Shown piece after piece: positions 1 to 12,926 of a stretch of DNA of 64,000 nt (position 1 is its first letter; every line of letters begins with the position of its first letter). Both the position numbers and the translations under genes were made by a program. Where the stretch lies: assembly GCA_010909165.1 (NCBI GenBank), contig MU008155.1:1364001-1428000 (forward strand). The letters run 5' to 3'. The notes below the pieces were generated by a model. The model saw only the letters and a list, made by a program, of their open reading frames with translations, was not told the origin of the DNA and made no database searches. This stretch comes from Anthoceros angustus (taxonomy: Eukaryota; Plantae; Anthocerotophyta).

Positions 1-663
1 TGAATGGAGTTTGATGTTGAGGACTGACCGGGCCACTTTCCTCGAGTGGTCGGAAGCCGGTCCGAATCGTTGGCAATCCTTGAACAAGATAACGATATTC
101 GGGCCATGGTGAACGGGCCGTAAGCGGGTCAGCTGGTGGGGTTGGAGACAATGGGGTACCACTACCATAGCCGGTGACTGCACCGCCTCCACATGTGATT
201 GGGTTTTGGGACCTTTGACATGGAAGACCAACCTCGGCCGCCAGTTGAATGACTGGATGTGACTTTGAGGCGATTTTTGTGCCTTTGTCCTCCAAATCAA
301 GTGGTTTTTGTGTGACGATCTTCAAACCCAAAGTCTATGGAAGAAGACATGAGCGGTTTCATGGTGGACACAAGGAAGGTGTACATCGGTGACCACAAAA
401 CCATATTCACGCTGTCGACACGCGTTAGCACACCCGGATGTGGGAGAAGGCCGGGGTGGTTCATTTGCACACCGGTGCCTTCTTGGGATTTGCTATTGGA
501 AAAAGACATGTAAACCCACGATCACCGGGATGTACAGAGCTTCATTGAAATGTAAACCACCAAGTGCCTCCATGGCACACGCATGCGGTCGTGCCATCCG
601 ATGGCCAACAAAGCTAACCAAAGAGAAAATCCGACAAAGGTCATGGACTTGCACCTCAACGGA

Positions 664-2003
664 CTATTGAGGTCTGTCGGCGTAAACACAAAGGCAAAGG
701 TTGCCCCAACAACCAAAGCATGCCCTTTCCTCGCCGATGCAGTGACAACACTTCACAATCAAATCACATGCTTCCATGACATGGAAGATCCTTCCATTCG
801 ACGGAAATCGGCATATGCAATGAAATGGTGGCAATGGTCGATACGAAGGGATCTTGTGTTGGAAGCCCACACACCACTGTCTGTCAACCTCCTTCTTCAG
901 AATGGCGAGCTTCCCACCAACCTTGGATGCTGCAGACACCAATCCTACCACACCCTTTTCAGGCCCTGTCCACAACGTCATGCACTCCTCATCCCATCTT
1001 GGCCCGACAGTGCGCTCAAGCATTTGCCATCCGTGGTCGCTCCACTTCACCCACCGCAACTCGCTCAGGATGTCTTCCTTCAAACTGTTTTCGGCGGTTA
1101 AACGTCTTGCCGGCTGCGGCTCGTCCAAGAAGCAAGGTGCGAGCTCTATAACTCGGATGTCATATCGGTTTGCGGCAACAATGAAACATGTTGATGGAGT
1201 GCACACTTCCACGGTGGTGGCAATCGCTTTGAGGTATTCCCGCTTCTTCATCTCATCCGATGTCGACGACAAAGTCGAATCTCTCCGCTGCTTCCATGAT
1301 GCCCTTGCCCAACCGGGATCACATCCCACATACCAAGGCTTGGGGATCTTCCACTTGTCCTTCACGCACATTCCGGGGGGCATCATTGGTTGATAACGGA
1401 TCAACCAATTCTTCTTCTCCGAGGTGAATAGGCCAGACGGCCCTACAAGTTGGAATGCCCACCATTCGCGCCCAGAGGGGCCGAATTGCAGTGGTGGGAC
1501 GTCCCCCAGTCGGTACGCATGTGCAACCGCGTAGTCCCAGCCAGAAAGAGCAATTGCATGATCCCACTGCCAAATTGGCTTCGCTGGAAGGCGGGCGTTG
1601 ATCATTTGCGCCCGGAGCGCGGTCATATCCCACAATGCGGGTCCTTCAAGCTTCTGTGCCAGCTCCCCAAACCCACCGTCGCTAGATGGGCTCTCGAAGG
1701 GCGTTCCAAGTGTTGCATCAGGCGGCGAGTCACAAGGCTCACTCTCACTGGAATGGCCAGTAGCCCAGTCATGCCAATCGCGTGCCCATCTTGGCTTTCC
1801 ATCTCAGACACCGACGGGCGCAAGGGAGTAACTGTTTGCAGCAAGTGAATGTCGGGCGGCGGCTTTGGTGATATGCAGCGCCAGCCGGCTTGGAGTGAAG
1901 GTCGAACCTCCACGTCTGCCCTGCTTCCGCCTATAGAGCGTGAACGGACTAGGTGGTACGATGCAACACCTGGCACATAGCGCACGGCTAGCAAAATAGT
2001 CAC
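664..2003 (-). CDS. Hypothetical W/C-rich ORF pair (1623-2003 and 664-1635, overlapping in different frames) upstream of the retroelement PBS
   Basis: 323-aa open frame plus an adjoining 126-aa frame; no recognisable domain and no splice structure established. Confidence 0.25.
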
Positions 2004-2209
2004 CTACGGGGAAAAGCCCGAAATTGGCTATTTCCCTCCCCTCATCTGGACTAAGCCAAGCCGATGAACCCTACCCGGTCACGCATACATGGATATACGG
2101 CCTAGTCAAACTTCCACTGCAGTCCACCGTGCCACCTCAACTCCAAAGCGAGGACATGGTGTGTATTATGCGTGAATGCGATGCTGTGAATGCATGCACC
2201 ACACATATA

Positions 2210-2229
2210 TGGTACCGCACGTGAGACTC
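2210..2229 (+). other. Candidate primer-binding site (PBS) of a Ty3/gypsy element
   Basis: TGGTACCGCACGTGAGACTC follows ...CACCACACA-TATA. Its reverse complement GAGT-CTCAC-GTGCGGT-A-CCA fits tRNA 3' geometry (T-loop, T-stem, acceptor stem, discriminator, CCA). Lies upstream of pol on the same strand. Confidence 0.55.
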
Positions 2230-2388
2230 ACGCTCGATCGCATCGCGCATGACACCAACGCTGACAAGACATGCCGGATGACATCCGCGGGATTCGGATA
2301 GTGATGGGTCAGGTCCTGGTGTGTGAAGCGCCCCGCTTTATATCTCGGAGGTGTAGACACATGACGTTGCCACTTGGGGTGGTCGGGG

Positions 2389-3189
2389 ATGGATTCGCAA
2401 GCATCAATCCCTAGATTCGCCTTGGAGTGGCCTGATGAGCAAGAGAGGACTCCTCCAGGGCCGGCCTCGCAATCCGCTACCACCACTGAGCCTGTTTCGG
2501 GACGAAGCGAATGGGAGTCCATGTCTTTTGGTTCTTCGCAATTGGCCATACTTAAGGTAGGAGGGGAGGAACCGGAAGTTGATGACGCCAGTAGTGCACA
2601 CCCAGAGAACGATTCCATGTTCTGGTTTCGCCGTTTTGGGTGCGCGGATTGTATGTTTTTGAACATGTACACACATGAGGTTCTCCCTGTTATCCGTTGC
2701 CCGAAGTGTGAACCCATGGGCCAGAAACCCCCTAGCCTAGAACGGCAAGATCAACTGGGTGAGCAAAGGCTGTCCAAGACTACTCCGGCCGCTATCACCG
2801 CTATCAACCCAGACATGCGGCTAGCCATTTACGCCACCGGCCGTGGTCGGGTTGGAGGAGGCCAGTTGTCCCACCCAGTAGCGCATATTCCCCCATGCCC
2901 CACGACTACCTTCCCAAGCGGGTTCCACCGCCTTTCACGGTGCTTTGGTGACATGGGTGAAGAGCTCCCCGTGAACAGAAAGGAAGTGCAGGAGCCCCAC
3001 CGATCTCATCCCAGTGCCATGGATGTCGATCCGAATTGGCCGCATTGGTCCTCGGCATGGATGCACCGCACAATCACCGACTTCAAACACAAACGGCGTG
3101 GACGATATGGCGAAGGCCATAGCCATGAGTTTGAACCTGCTGGCACGGGCTCGGGACGTGAGAGCAAAGAAGAGCAGAGCGCCGGCTAA
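2389..3189 (+). CDS. Extra 5' ORF downstream of the PBS with a CxxC...CxxC motif
   Basis: Open frame 2374-3189, first ATG at 2389; contains CADC-x15-CPKC; no other recognisable domain. Confidence 0.3.
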   Translation: MDSQASIPRFALEWPDEQERTPPGPASQSATTTEPVSGRSEWESMSFGSSQLAILKVGGEEPEVDDASSAHPENDSMFWFRRFGCADCMFLNMYTHEVLPVIRCPKCEPMGQKPPSLERQDQLGEQRLSKTTPAAITAINPDMRLAIYATGRGRVGGGQLSHPVAHIPPCPTTTFPSGFHRLSRCFGDMGEELPVNRKEVQEPHRSHPSAMDVDPNWPHWSSAWMHRTITDFKHKRRGRYGEGHSHEFEPAGTGSGRESKEEQSAG

Positions 3190-5519
3190 GCGCAGCACGC
3201 CTGACGTCTTACGCAGCAGAAGGGGCGCACGGAGTGCGTATGCCTCCGTGGAAGGTCGAGGGCGGGAAAAGCGCATGGAAGAGCAGCTGTTGTCACAGAG
3301 CCCACGCCAACCGGGGCAGCGGAGACCGGCTGGGGATGGGTTCGGGAGGTACCCTTGCCGGCCTCAAACATGTTTCAACGCTAGGGGTGTCCCGGAGCAT
3401 CCGGGCGTGAGGTCCCCCGCCGCGAAGAGGGCGCGAAAGCGCCGTCGTGGGCCGCCACACCCGTTAGAACTACCAATGCTCGGAGGAGGCCCGGCGCACC
3501 GGCTCCGGTGGTGAAGTGTGGACGCCCCGATCCTTCCATCGAACTTTGCCCACCGACGCCGTGGACTCAGATTCGCCAGACGAGCCGGGCGATGGCGAGC
3601 ACGGCCATCACCGAGCGCTGGACGGTAGGAGACTCGACGTAATGACATCCGGCCGAACACAAGACGCAAGTGTGCACGCCGCACCTTGATCCATGGCTCT
3701 TCGCTCAAATTAGGTGCATTTTGAGATCACCCGCTGCCCTTGACCAATTTGCTAACGAGCAAACCCAAGGCGCTGCTACTGCATCTGCACCCACCACGCC
3801 ATTCGAAATCTAGGAGGAGGAGCGATCCCGTGCATCCGCAGTGCAAGAGTGGAACAACCAAACCGCCACACGCCGCTTGGGGAAGACATGACGAGCGGGG
3901 CGGCAAAGCAGCAGACGGGCTTGCAACATGGGCGATGGGGAAGACGAGGTAGATGTCACCGCCCGAGAATGAGGACGACATGCTCCCGACATGCAAGAAG
4001 TTTCGAGGAGGAAAGAGCCGACACACAAGCTCTGTGTCGCAATTTCGAGGATGGACAGGACTCACCAAGGTCCCGTGGGGAACACTTGTGTCCGCCGTCC
4101 GAGCCTGTGTTGTTGGACCTTCTGCACCGGAATTGCCAGAGGTCATCAGCGCTTGATCGTGACTCATGGGCATCACAAGATCTCGCAATTGGCCGATTGT
4201 GTGCGGAGGCGGACAAAGGCGGACTTACTTGTCATGTGACGAGGGGTCATCGGGCGGACAAATTGTCCATGGAGAAGAGGATCCGGAATTGGTTGTCGTA
4301 AGACTTGTGTTTTTGAAGTGCTGGACAAAGCATGATGCGCGCTCGTCCGAGCTTATGGACGTAGTGGCGAGGAGTACCCATGTGACTCGAGAAGTCATTC
4401 AAACAAAGTTCTCGAATTGTACAGGCACGGTGCTACAACCACCGAAAAGAGTGAAGAAAGGGGCCGAATGAACATCGTGGAAGAGGGCACCTGCAGTTGC
4501 GCGACTGTGAGGAGGTGTGGTGGAGGCAATCGAGTGGGGTGTCCAACAAAGTACGAGTTGGGCAATGGAAATTGGCCAAGATGTCCACAAATGACGGCCG
4601 TGGAAGCAAGATTGGAGAAGCATGGGACAGCTGGGACAAACCCATTTGGGCGGGGGGGAGCAATGGACTTCAGGCGAAGGTACGAGGAGGTATACGGTGA
4701 GCAGCCGAATGTTGCGGAGATCCAATGGGCAGCCAAACATGGCATGGACAGCATGCCTGTGTTTTGGGCTGCCAACGGCGGAAGACGAGGTAACAGGAAC
4801 CTCCTTCCCCCAACCTCTCTTATGGATCAAGGAACCGCCTCGTCGACATTGCATCACATGTTCTTGTTGCCCCACCCGCCTCCGTGATGCGATCCGACCA
4901 CCGAAAATGAAAAGGGAGAATCTTGAACATCGTGGAAGAGGGCACCGTGGCACGGCTGTGCCCGACTGTGACACGAGGTGTGGTGGAGGCAATCGAGTGG
5001 GGTGTCCAACAAAGACGAGTTGGGCAATGGAAATTGGCCAAGATGTCCACAAATGACTACTGGAAGCAAGATTGAGAAGCATGGGACTGGGACAAACCCA
5101 TTTGGGCGGGGAGCAATGGACTTCAAAGCGAAGGTACGAGAGGAGGTATACGCAGCCGAATGTTGCGAGATCCAATGGGCAGCCAAACATGGCATGGACA
5201 AGATGCTCGTGTTTTAGCCAAGCGGAAGACGCAGGTAATAGGAACCTCCTTCCCCCAACCCTCCTCTTATGGATCAAGGAACCGCCTCGTCGACATTGCA
5301 TCACATGTTCTTGTTGCCCCACTCGGCCTCTCGTATGCGATCCGACCACTAGAAAAAATGGCTAGCAGGCAAGTCGAGGAAAGACATCGTAAACGCTGCC
5401 ACACGAGGTGCATCGCGTAAACCTAGTGGAGGACTTCTTTGGTTGTGCTAATGCAATGGGGAGGTCACGTGGCCACCCTAAACCAGTAGAAGGTTGCATG
5501 GTCGACGGCACGCTTGTGA

Positions 5520-8500
5520 CGCCTCAGATTTCCCTTGTCCGTGAGAAGGGAAGCTAACCAGTCGGAAATGGAGATGAAGAACCTACAGTGCAACAATTTC
5601 GCCCTAGAAGTGATTGTGGCTGGCCATGCCCGAGAGAACTTGGTGCATACGATACTAACTAACTAAGCACCCATTGTTGTCGTACAAAGAAACAAAGAAG
5701 GCGGATTCGCGGTCACAGATCGAGAAAGCGACCGCCACCGAGAAGGACCATTTCCCATGCCCTTTGTAGATGACATACTCGACAAGGTGGCGTGAGGAGT
5801 ACCTACTCCTTCTTGGATGGCTACTCGGCCACAACACCGCACCTAAGGGAGTCGGATCGATAAGACAACATTCACCACGGAGTGGGGACGCTTGCCTACA
5901 AACGGCGCCTTCGGGATGACAGGAGCAGGATCATTTATGCGGATGGTGACCAACGCCTTCGGAATTCCGAGGGACTTCATGGAGGTGTTCTGACGACTCA
6001 GGAGAGAGAGGACAAACACGCATTTTATGAAGTGTTTGGAACGATGTAAGGAGACTCAACTGCCTCGCATCCGAGAAATGCTACTGCATGACAGGGAATC
6101 TTGTTGGGACACCGAGTGTCGAAGAGGGATAGAGGTGGACCAAGACAAGGTGAAGGTCATCCATCCCCCGCACCGCCCACCAACTTGAAGGAGTTACGAT
6201 TCCGGGCATGGTGGGTTACTATAGGCTTCATCCAAGACTTTGCAAAGCGGCCTCCAGCACGAGCTACTACTCAGAAGGAGGAAGAATGGACCGGACGCCG
6301 TAAAGGGAGGCGGCATTGAGACCCACACTCCACTGCCCCAAGATCAAAGGACCGGACCGGGAAAGCGATTCCATGTGTATGTGGATGTGTCACCGCCATC
6401 GGAGTAGTGCTCACCAAAAGACGATAAACGGAGGGATCATCAATCTACTACGAAGATGCACGACGCTGAACGGAGGTACACTACTACGGAGCGAGAGGCA
6501 TTGGAATGGTATACGCTAAGAAATTCGCATACACCTTCCCGCCCAATGAGTTTGTGTTCTATGTTGATCACTACGCCAAGCACTTGGTGAACAAGGCACT
6601 TGTCCTGGACGAATTGCGAGGTGGATTCTGCTGTGGAGTTCACATTTGAGGTGGAGACTAGGCAAGGCAACACCAAAACCGACTTCTGTCCAGATTAAAG
6701 ACGAGCCGTCCCCAGGATCAGGACGCCCGGATGAGGAATTGGTGGCGCGATAGAGGAGGAAGCAGAGGAGCAAAGACAAACCCTAAGTCAGAACATGGAC
6801 CCACAGGGAGAAGGGAGCGGAGTGGGGCGCCTCTTATGCGGAGTTGGAACGGTACCTATGGGAGATGGAGCTACCAAACGAATCGAACCGGTCCAGTGTG
6901 CCTTTGTGCACTACGCCGCCTTTTCTTGTATAACGTTGCATCTTTAAGGTGGGGCCGGACGTGGAACGAAGGTACCCAACAAAGTGAGACGGAGGTGGTA
7001 ATAAAGGGATGCCGCGAAGGACTAGGTGGTGGACATTATGCAACAGCAGTCACCACCAAGAAAATCTTGAGGGTACCGTGGCCCACCATGTATGGGGAAA
7101 CACACCAATTGTGAAGAAGTGTGATGCTTGTCACGGATCGGGAAGCCGATCCACAACAATGGCCGTTAGTGCCCATACTAGCACTAGCGCCTTTTGAGAA
7201 GTGGGCATCGACTTCGCTGGACCCATATACCCAACCACGAGGCACACACAAAAAGCGTACATCTTGGTGGCAACGGACTACCGCATCGGGGAGGCCGCTA
7301 CTAGAACGGACTCGCGCACGGTGGCCAAATTCCTCACGAAAACATCATCACAAGGTACGGTGTCCGTTGCAGCTGGTAAGCGATAGGGGAACCCATTTCC
7401 TCAATGATGTGATAACTGCAATGACGGACTATTTCGCATCACACATCGTAAAACGGCCCCCTACAACCCGAAGGCCAACGGATTGACGGAGAAGACCAAC
7501 GGACTTATCTGCCGCATCCTCAATAAGCTTACGGTTAACTATGCGCACGACTGGGATACAAAGCTACCATCAGCGCTATGGGCGTTCAGAACGGCAGAGA
7601 AGGTAACTACGCAGCGAACTCCGTATTACCTGGTCTATGGGCACTCACCCGTTATGCCGGTAGAGTTTGAGGTGCCAACACTCCGAGTCATGATGGAGAG
7701 GCGCTTAACGGATGAAGAGAGCCAACTGGAGCGTTTGCTAGGGTTTGTTCAGCATACGGAGGGTCGGGAAGAGGCGCAACAAATAATGCAATCGGTATGT
7801 AATCAACGCAAGTGGCATGACAGCGCCTAATCGTGAGTATGTGAAGGAGGGAGATTTGGCCCTCTTATCTTGAGTTGGAGCAGTACCTATGGGAGATGGA
7901 GCTACCAAGCAGGCGAGCAGGTCCGGTGGCGGGCCTTTGTGCACTCGCTCGCCCTTTGGTGTATAGCAGTTGCATCTTTAAGGTGGGGCGGACGGCGTGG
8001 AGCAGGTACCTCCAGCAGTGAGCGGAGGTGGTAATAAAGGGATGCCACGAAGGACTAGGTGGTGGACATTATGCGGTGAGTCACCACCAAGAAAATCTTG
8101 GAGGTGGTCTTGGTGGCCCACCATGTATGGGGAAACACACCAATTCGTGAAGAAGTGTGATGCTTGTCGTGGATCGGGAAGCCGGCCCACAACTCAATGG
8201 CCGTTAGTGCCCATACTAGCACTAGCGCCTTTTGAGAAGTGGGGCATCGACCCGTTGGACCTATCGATAGCGACCGAGGCACACAGCGGTACATCTTGGT
8301 GGCAGCGGACTGCACGGTGGGTGGGCGGTCGCTAGGCGGACTCTGCGACGGTGGCCAAATTCCTCTCTGAAAACATCATCACAATGCAGTGTCGTTGCTG
8401 GTAGCGATAGGGGAACCCATTTCCTCAATGATGTGATAAGCGCAATGACGGACTATTTTGGCATCACACATCGAAAACGCCCCTACAAATAGCGGATTGT

Positions 8501-8980
8501 GAGAAGACCAGCGGACTTATCGCCGCATCCTCAATAAGCTTACGGTTAACTATACGGTGGGATACAAAGCTACCATCGCTATGGGCGTTGAGCGGAGAAG
8601 GTAACTACGCGAACTCCGACATGGGCACTCACCCGTTATGCCGGTAGAGTTTGAGGTGCCAACACTCCGGGTCATGATGGAGGCGCTTAACGGATGAAGA
8701 GCCAAGCTGGGCGTTGCTAGGGTTTTGTTCATCGGAGGGTCGGGAAGAGGCGCCGATGCAATGCTGATGCAGAATCAGCATGGTGGCATGGAGGCGCCTT
8801 GAATCGGAGTATGTGAAGGAGGAGATTTGGCCCTCCTTCTGACGATGCCATATGCACTTCCGTAAACTCCACCTACGATGGATGGGACCTTACCAAGTGG
8901 TATGTATACGCCAATGGGTCCGCTCGCAGCTTGGATGGTGAACCGCCCACCGGTGAACGGGTGGCGGTGAAAAGTACATG
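5520..8980 (+). pseudogene. pol: Ty3/gypsy pol (reverse transcriptase, RNase H, integrase), heavily frameshifted; integrase region present twice
   Basis: FPMPFVDDILDKVA (~5751-5792), LGHRVSKR and PTNLKELR (~6104-6200), YTTTEREAL (~6477), GIDFAGPI (~7204), EKTNGLICRIL...WDTKLPSALWAFRTAEKVTT (~7489-7610). Second integrase copy at ~7880-8800; RWMGPYQV-like tail at ~8875. Confidence 0.92.
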
Positions 8981-9557
8981 CGCTTAGTGTTGGCGGAGAC
9001 GCCAACAGTGAGAAGGGGAGTATGTGGACTACTACTTTGGGGTTAAGAAATAAGTAGGGTTTTGTTTTTGTAGGAGGAAGGATAAAATAAGGCGGAAAAG
9101 GAGGAATAAGCATGGATAGCACTGGACGACCGGAGTATACTCCGACCGAGTGAGGAACGACTCGACCTACTATGGCACACACGCTGGGTAACGGATAAGT
9201 CCGGACCCCTCACCACCTGTGACCGTGATAAGTACGCCAGGAAAGTAACTTAGAAGTTGAGGAGGACAGGCGGCGCCACGCGGACGGCCCCCGAGTGGAG
9301 GTGCATGCGTCAGACCGTACTGCCAGGGCCGCAGGCAGTATTCACGCCGCGACGCGCGGCGAAGGCCGCAGTAAGCGGGCGTAAGGCCGCAGTAAGCGGG
9401 CGTAAGGTCGAGTAAGCCATGCACCGCGCTGATGGAAGAGGCGCCCGCCGTTACTCCCGGCGTCAAGGGAAGGTCTGGCCACGCACGAGACACCTCGCTT
9501 CGCAACCCCGCGCTATCTCTTTGAGCGCCCAGCACCTTCGAGCGTGGTTCACCGGGG

Positions 9558-12500
9558 TTGGAGCAAGAACGCGGCGAGGAGGGCGACGTGCCGCCAACCT
9601 CCGCCAGCCTAGAACAAGGGAGAGAAGGCGATGGCACCCAAAAGCTCGCGAAGTTTGGGAGCCATGGAACCTCGTGGGCGCAACATTGTGACCCGCGCTA
9701 TCCGGACTTTGGGCCCCGGCCGAGGAAGCGGAGAATTAGTGAGGAGTGGCACCGGATGTGTTCCTGGTCGACGCTCGGCCGACCGTCCGGAGTTCGCCGG
9801 AAGATGTTGGCGCGGCTCAACAAGGAGGTGCGGTCCAAGAACCTCCGGAGGACCAGGCGATGGACCTTGAGGTCCCGAGGGCGCCTACAACCGCCCAAAG
9901 GAGGAAGAAGGGGTGGTGCCGAGCCCCTCAAGGCGAAGGGAAGATAGGGCCGAAGCGGCGCCGAGGCTCGACGCAGGACCACCAACGGGGTTGATATCCG
10001 ACCTGGATACCGAGTAAGGCGGTAGCCGGATCATTGTCCATTGAACTCGCCACCAAGGTGGATCACCTTGGTGATAACTGCTGGTATTCTGCATGCGCTA
10101 CCGGGGAAGAGGGCGGACTGGGAAGGATTATCTTCGCCTGGCTTAGCCAGAGGCCCGCAAGCTGGAGCGAGAAGCCTCGCTGGGCCGCCCCATACCCGAT
10201 CCATGTATGGGGACATTTCGAGCTCTCAAGGAGGGAGAGCTTGAGCGGCGCCGAAAGGACCGGAGGCCCCGCCGTGGAGCGCAAGGGCGCCCGAGGTGGG
10301 GAGGCCGACCAAGGCCAAACGGACCCGGAGGAGGACGATCGAGGGATGACTCCATACGCCCTGAACGGACCCCTCACCACCTGTGGAAGTATGGGAGAAA
10401 TCCCGCCTCCTCCTCCCGGTGCCCCAAATGAGCAACAGGAGGGCAGCCCACCACGACCACAAACCCACTGATCACGACCGGAACCAAGAGACGCAAGACC
10501 ATGGCTACAACGCAAGACCTCGTGACGCTTTACCCCCCCGCCTACCTGAGTGGCAAGAAGGGAAGAGTGAAGGAGGGCGAAGGGACGCCTGGAGTGTGGA
10601 GGAGGTCACCGGGCAGCAGCCTGCACTGAGCCCTGCCTCCTGTGAAGGGCAAAAGGGCTTGCTCCCTGACCTCACCTCCTCCGAGCCCTGTGAGAAAAAG
10701 GCGGAGAAGGAGCTCGCGCTGTGGGCCAAGGAGGGTGAAGCTCCGAGCCAAGACTCGTGACCTAAGGGTCCCGATTAGGTCCGGAGAACCCACCGACTTA
10801 CTCCGGACGGTATGGAGGTCCGGAGAAATGCCGCCTCCCACTACGGACTTTGTGGGAGCCTCACAGCGGCCGTGGAAGAAACACGGCGGGTCCTGCTACG
10901 GCCATGGACAGATGCTTTGGGGTCTCATGGCCGAGAAGACCTGTGGAGGTAGAAGCCACCCGAGGCGATGGTACTCCTCCGGGAGGCGGTTGGAGGGGCC
11001 CAGGAGGCGGAGGAAGGAAGGCAAGCTCTCCGATTGAGGAAGGGAAACGCCGGAGGCCGAGAGGGAAGTCCGTCCATCCGCAAGGACCGACTAAATTCCT
11101 TCACCGAGGAGCAAAGGCGCTAAGGAGGCCAAGCGCTGGCCGAGGACCTCCAGTGAGAGGGTAGCGCAGCAGAGGCGAAGAGGCCGGGCGCAAGCAGAGG
11201 GCTCGGACCGCGGAGGCGGCCCGACCAGACCAGCCAAGGAGGCTCGGTGAAGGTGGCCAAGGAGGCGGAAGCCACGCAGACCGCGATCACTCGTGATCGA
11301 ACCGTGGAGGGAGGCTAGCCACGCCAATCAAGGCCGAGCAGGCAAGAGCAAGCACGGACGAGCCGGTAAACACCGGAGGCCAAGACCCGGAAATCGGGGA
11401 CCCTGTGGCGCAGCAGGAGGTAGAAGGGAGGCGGCAGGAGCCGGAGGACAAGAAGGACACCTTGGAGTTACAACCCAAGACGCTTGAGCAAGCAAGGGGT
11501 TCTCAACGAGAGTCCAAGACTTCGAGGAGATAGAGCGCCCAGCCTCCTCAAGATGGAGCAGAGGCGGCGAGCAAGCGCGACCAGCCAAGGAAGTTCGCGA
11601 CAAGGAGATGGAGGATCTCCTGACTCAGGAGGTGGAGCAGAGGCAGGAGATGGAAGACCGCAAGGAGACTTTGAGTCGCAGCCCAAACTACCATTGAGAG
11701 GAATGGTAGTCTCAGCGGGTCGCGAACGCGAACGAGAAATAGAGCGGCCCGCCTGCTGACGGAGGCGGCGGAGGCGGAGAAGGAGGCGGGGCGTCGCCGA
11801 AAATGGAGAAGGAGGCGGCCCGCCCGCAGAGCTGTTCGACCGTCTGGAGAGGAGATGGCGGAGTTACCGTAATGGACGGAGAGCGAGAAGCGTAAGAAGC
11901 CGGTCCATTGAGGAAGGCGGAACGCCGGCTATGGCCGGTAAGCGCCGAGCTGAGCGAAGTGGGAGTTGGAGCAGTGGAGCAAAGAAGCGTGGAGATGGAA
12001 GACCGCAAGGAGACTTTGAGTCAGCCCAAACTACCATTGAGAGGAATGGTAGTCGCAGGATGGTCGCGATCACGAACGAGAAATAGAGCGGCCCGCCTGG
12101 CGGAGAGGCGTGACGGCGATGGAACAGGAGCGTGACGCCGAGATGGAGAAGGGCTCGCCCGCACCGCAGAGTTGCCCGACTGAGAGGAGATGGCGGAGTT
12201 AATGCCAATGGACGGAGAGCGAGAGCACCGGAAGCGTAAAAGAAGCCGCCGTCCTTGAGGAAGGCGGAAGGGGAACGCTTATGGCGGTAAGTCAATGAGC
12301 GGAAGCGGAGTTGGAGCAGTGAGCAACAGCGGCGGAGGTGACCGAGGCAGCCCTTGCACTGAAGCGGCCCTACCCATCAAACCCGGCAGGGAGGTGGTCC
12401 AACAAGCCGGGCAAAGACGCCAGCCTCCCGAGCACCTATGGCGAAGGGAGACGGTGCCCGCACACGTGGAAGAGGCAATCCAACAAGTGGATTCGACTTT

Positions 12501-12762
12501 GCCTATTACCACGCCGAGCCCCCTGAGAGCCTCACGCAACAGACGGACCGGAAGGCTCGGAGGGGAAGAAGGGCATGGGGACAAAGACGGGACTCTAGTG
12601 GCCCTGCTTGGAGACGACGGCAGCGGGGAGAAGAGCCTCAAGAGGAGCGGACGCAACGACCCTGTGGTAAGTTCACCGCAACCCGCCGGAGAAGGAGGCG
12701 GCCCGAAGGGCGCAGGAGCCAACCCACCCAAGACAAGGGTCGGGGTAGGGATGAGGACCTAG
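9558..12762 (+). pseudogene. Retrotransposon 3' accessory ORF, frameshifted, with long low-complexity R/E/G-rich C-terminal part
   Basis: TKVDHLGDN...GRIIFAWL at ~10050-10150 is homologous to the minus-strand ORF at 14946-15395; located between integrase and the LTR-like block. Confidence 0.5.
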
Positions 12763-12926
12763 CAAGACGAGGTCCACAGACAAGGGGTCCGGAGCTTGGG
12801 GACCTGAATTCTGCCCGACCCCGAGGTCCGAACTGTAGACGAGGCCGACCCAAGACGGACTCAGAAATAAGACGACTGAGTTCGACCGGAGTCGAGACCG
12901 ACCCCGAGGTCCGGACTCAGAAGAAG

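Noticed and set aside
4395-5420. Gag/protease call for the ORF cloud upstream of RT
   Set aside because: The position fits, but no DxG protease or CCHC motif could be read through the duplication and frameshifts.
9010-9030. PPT (GAGAAGGGGAG) followed by TGTGG as the start of the 3' LTR
   Set aside because: Downstream sequence does not match the region before the PBS and runs into a long accessory ORF; may be an internal purine tract. Left unresolved.
9362-9417. 21-bp tandem repeat (AAGGCCGCAGTAAGCGGGCGT x2.5)
   Set aside because: Ordinary short repeat in retroelement non-coding sequence.
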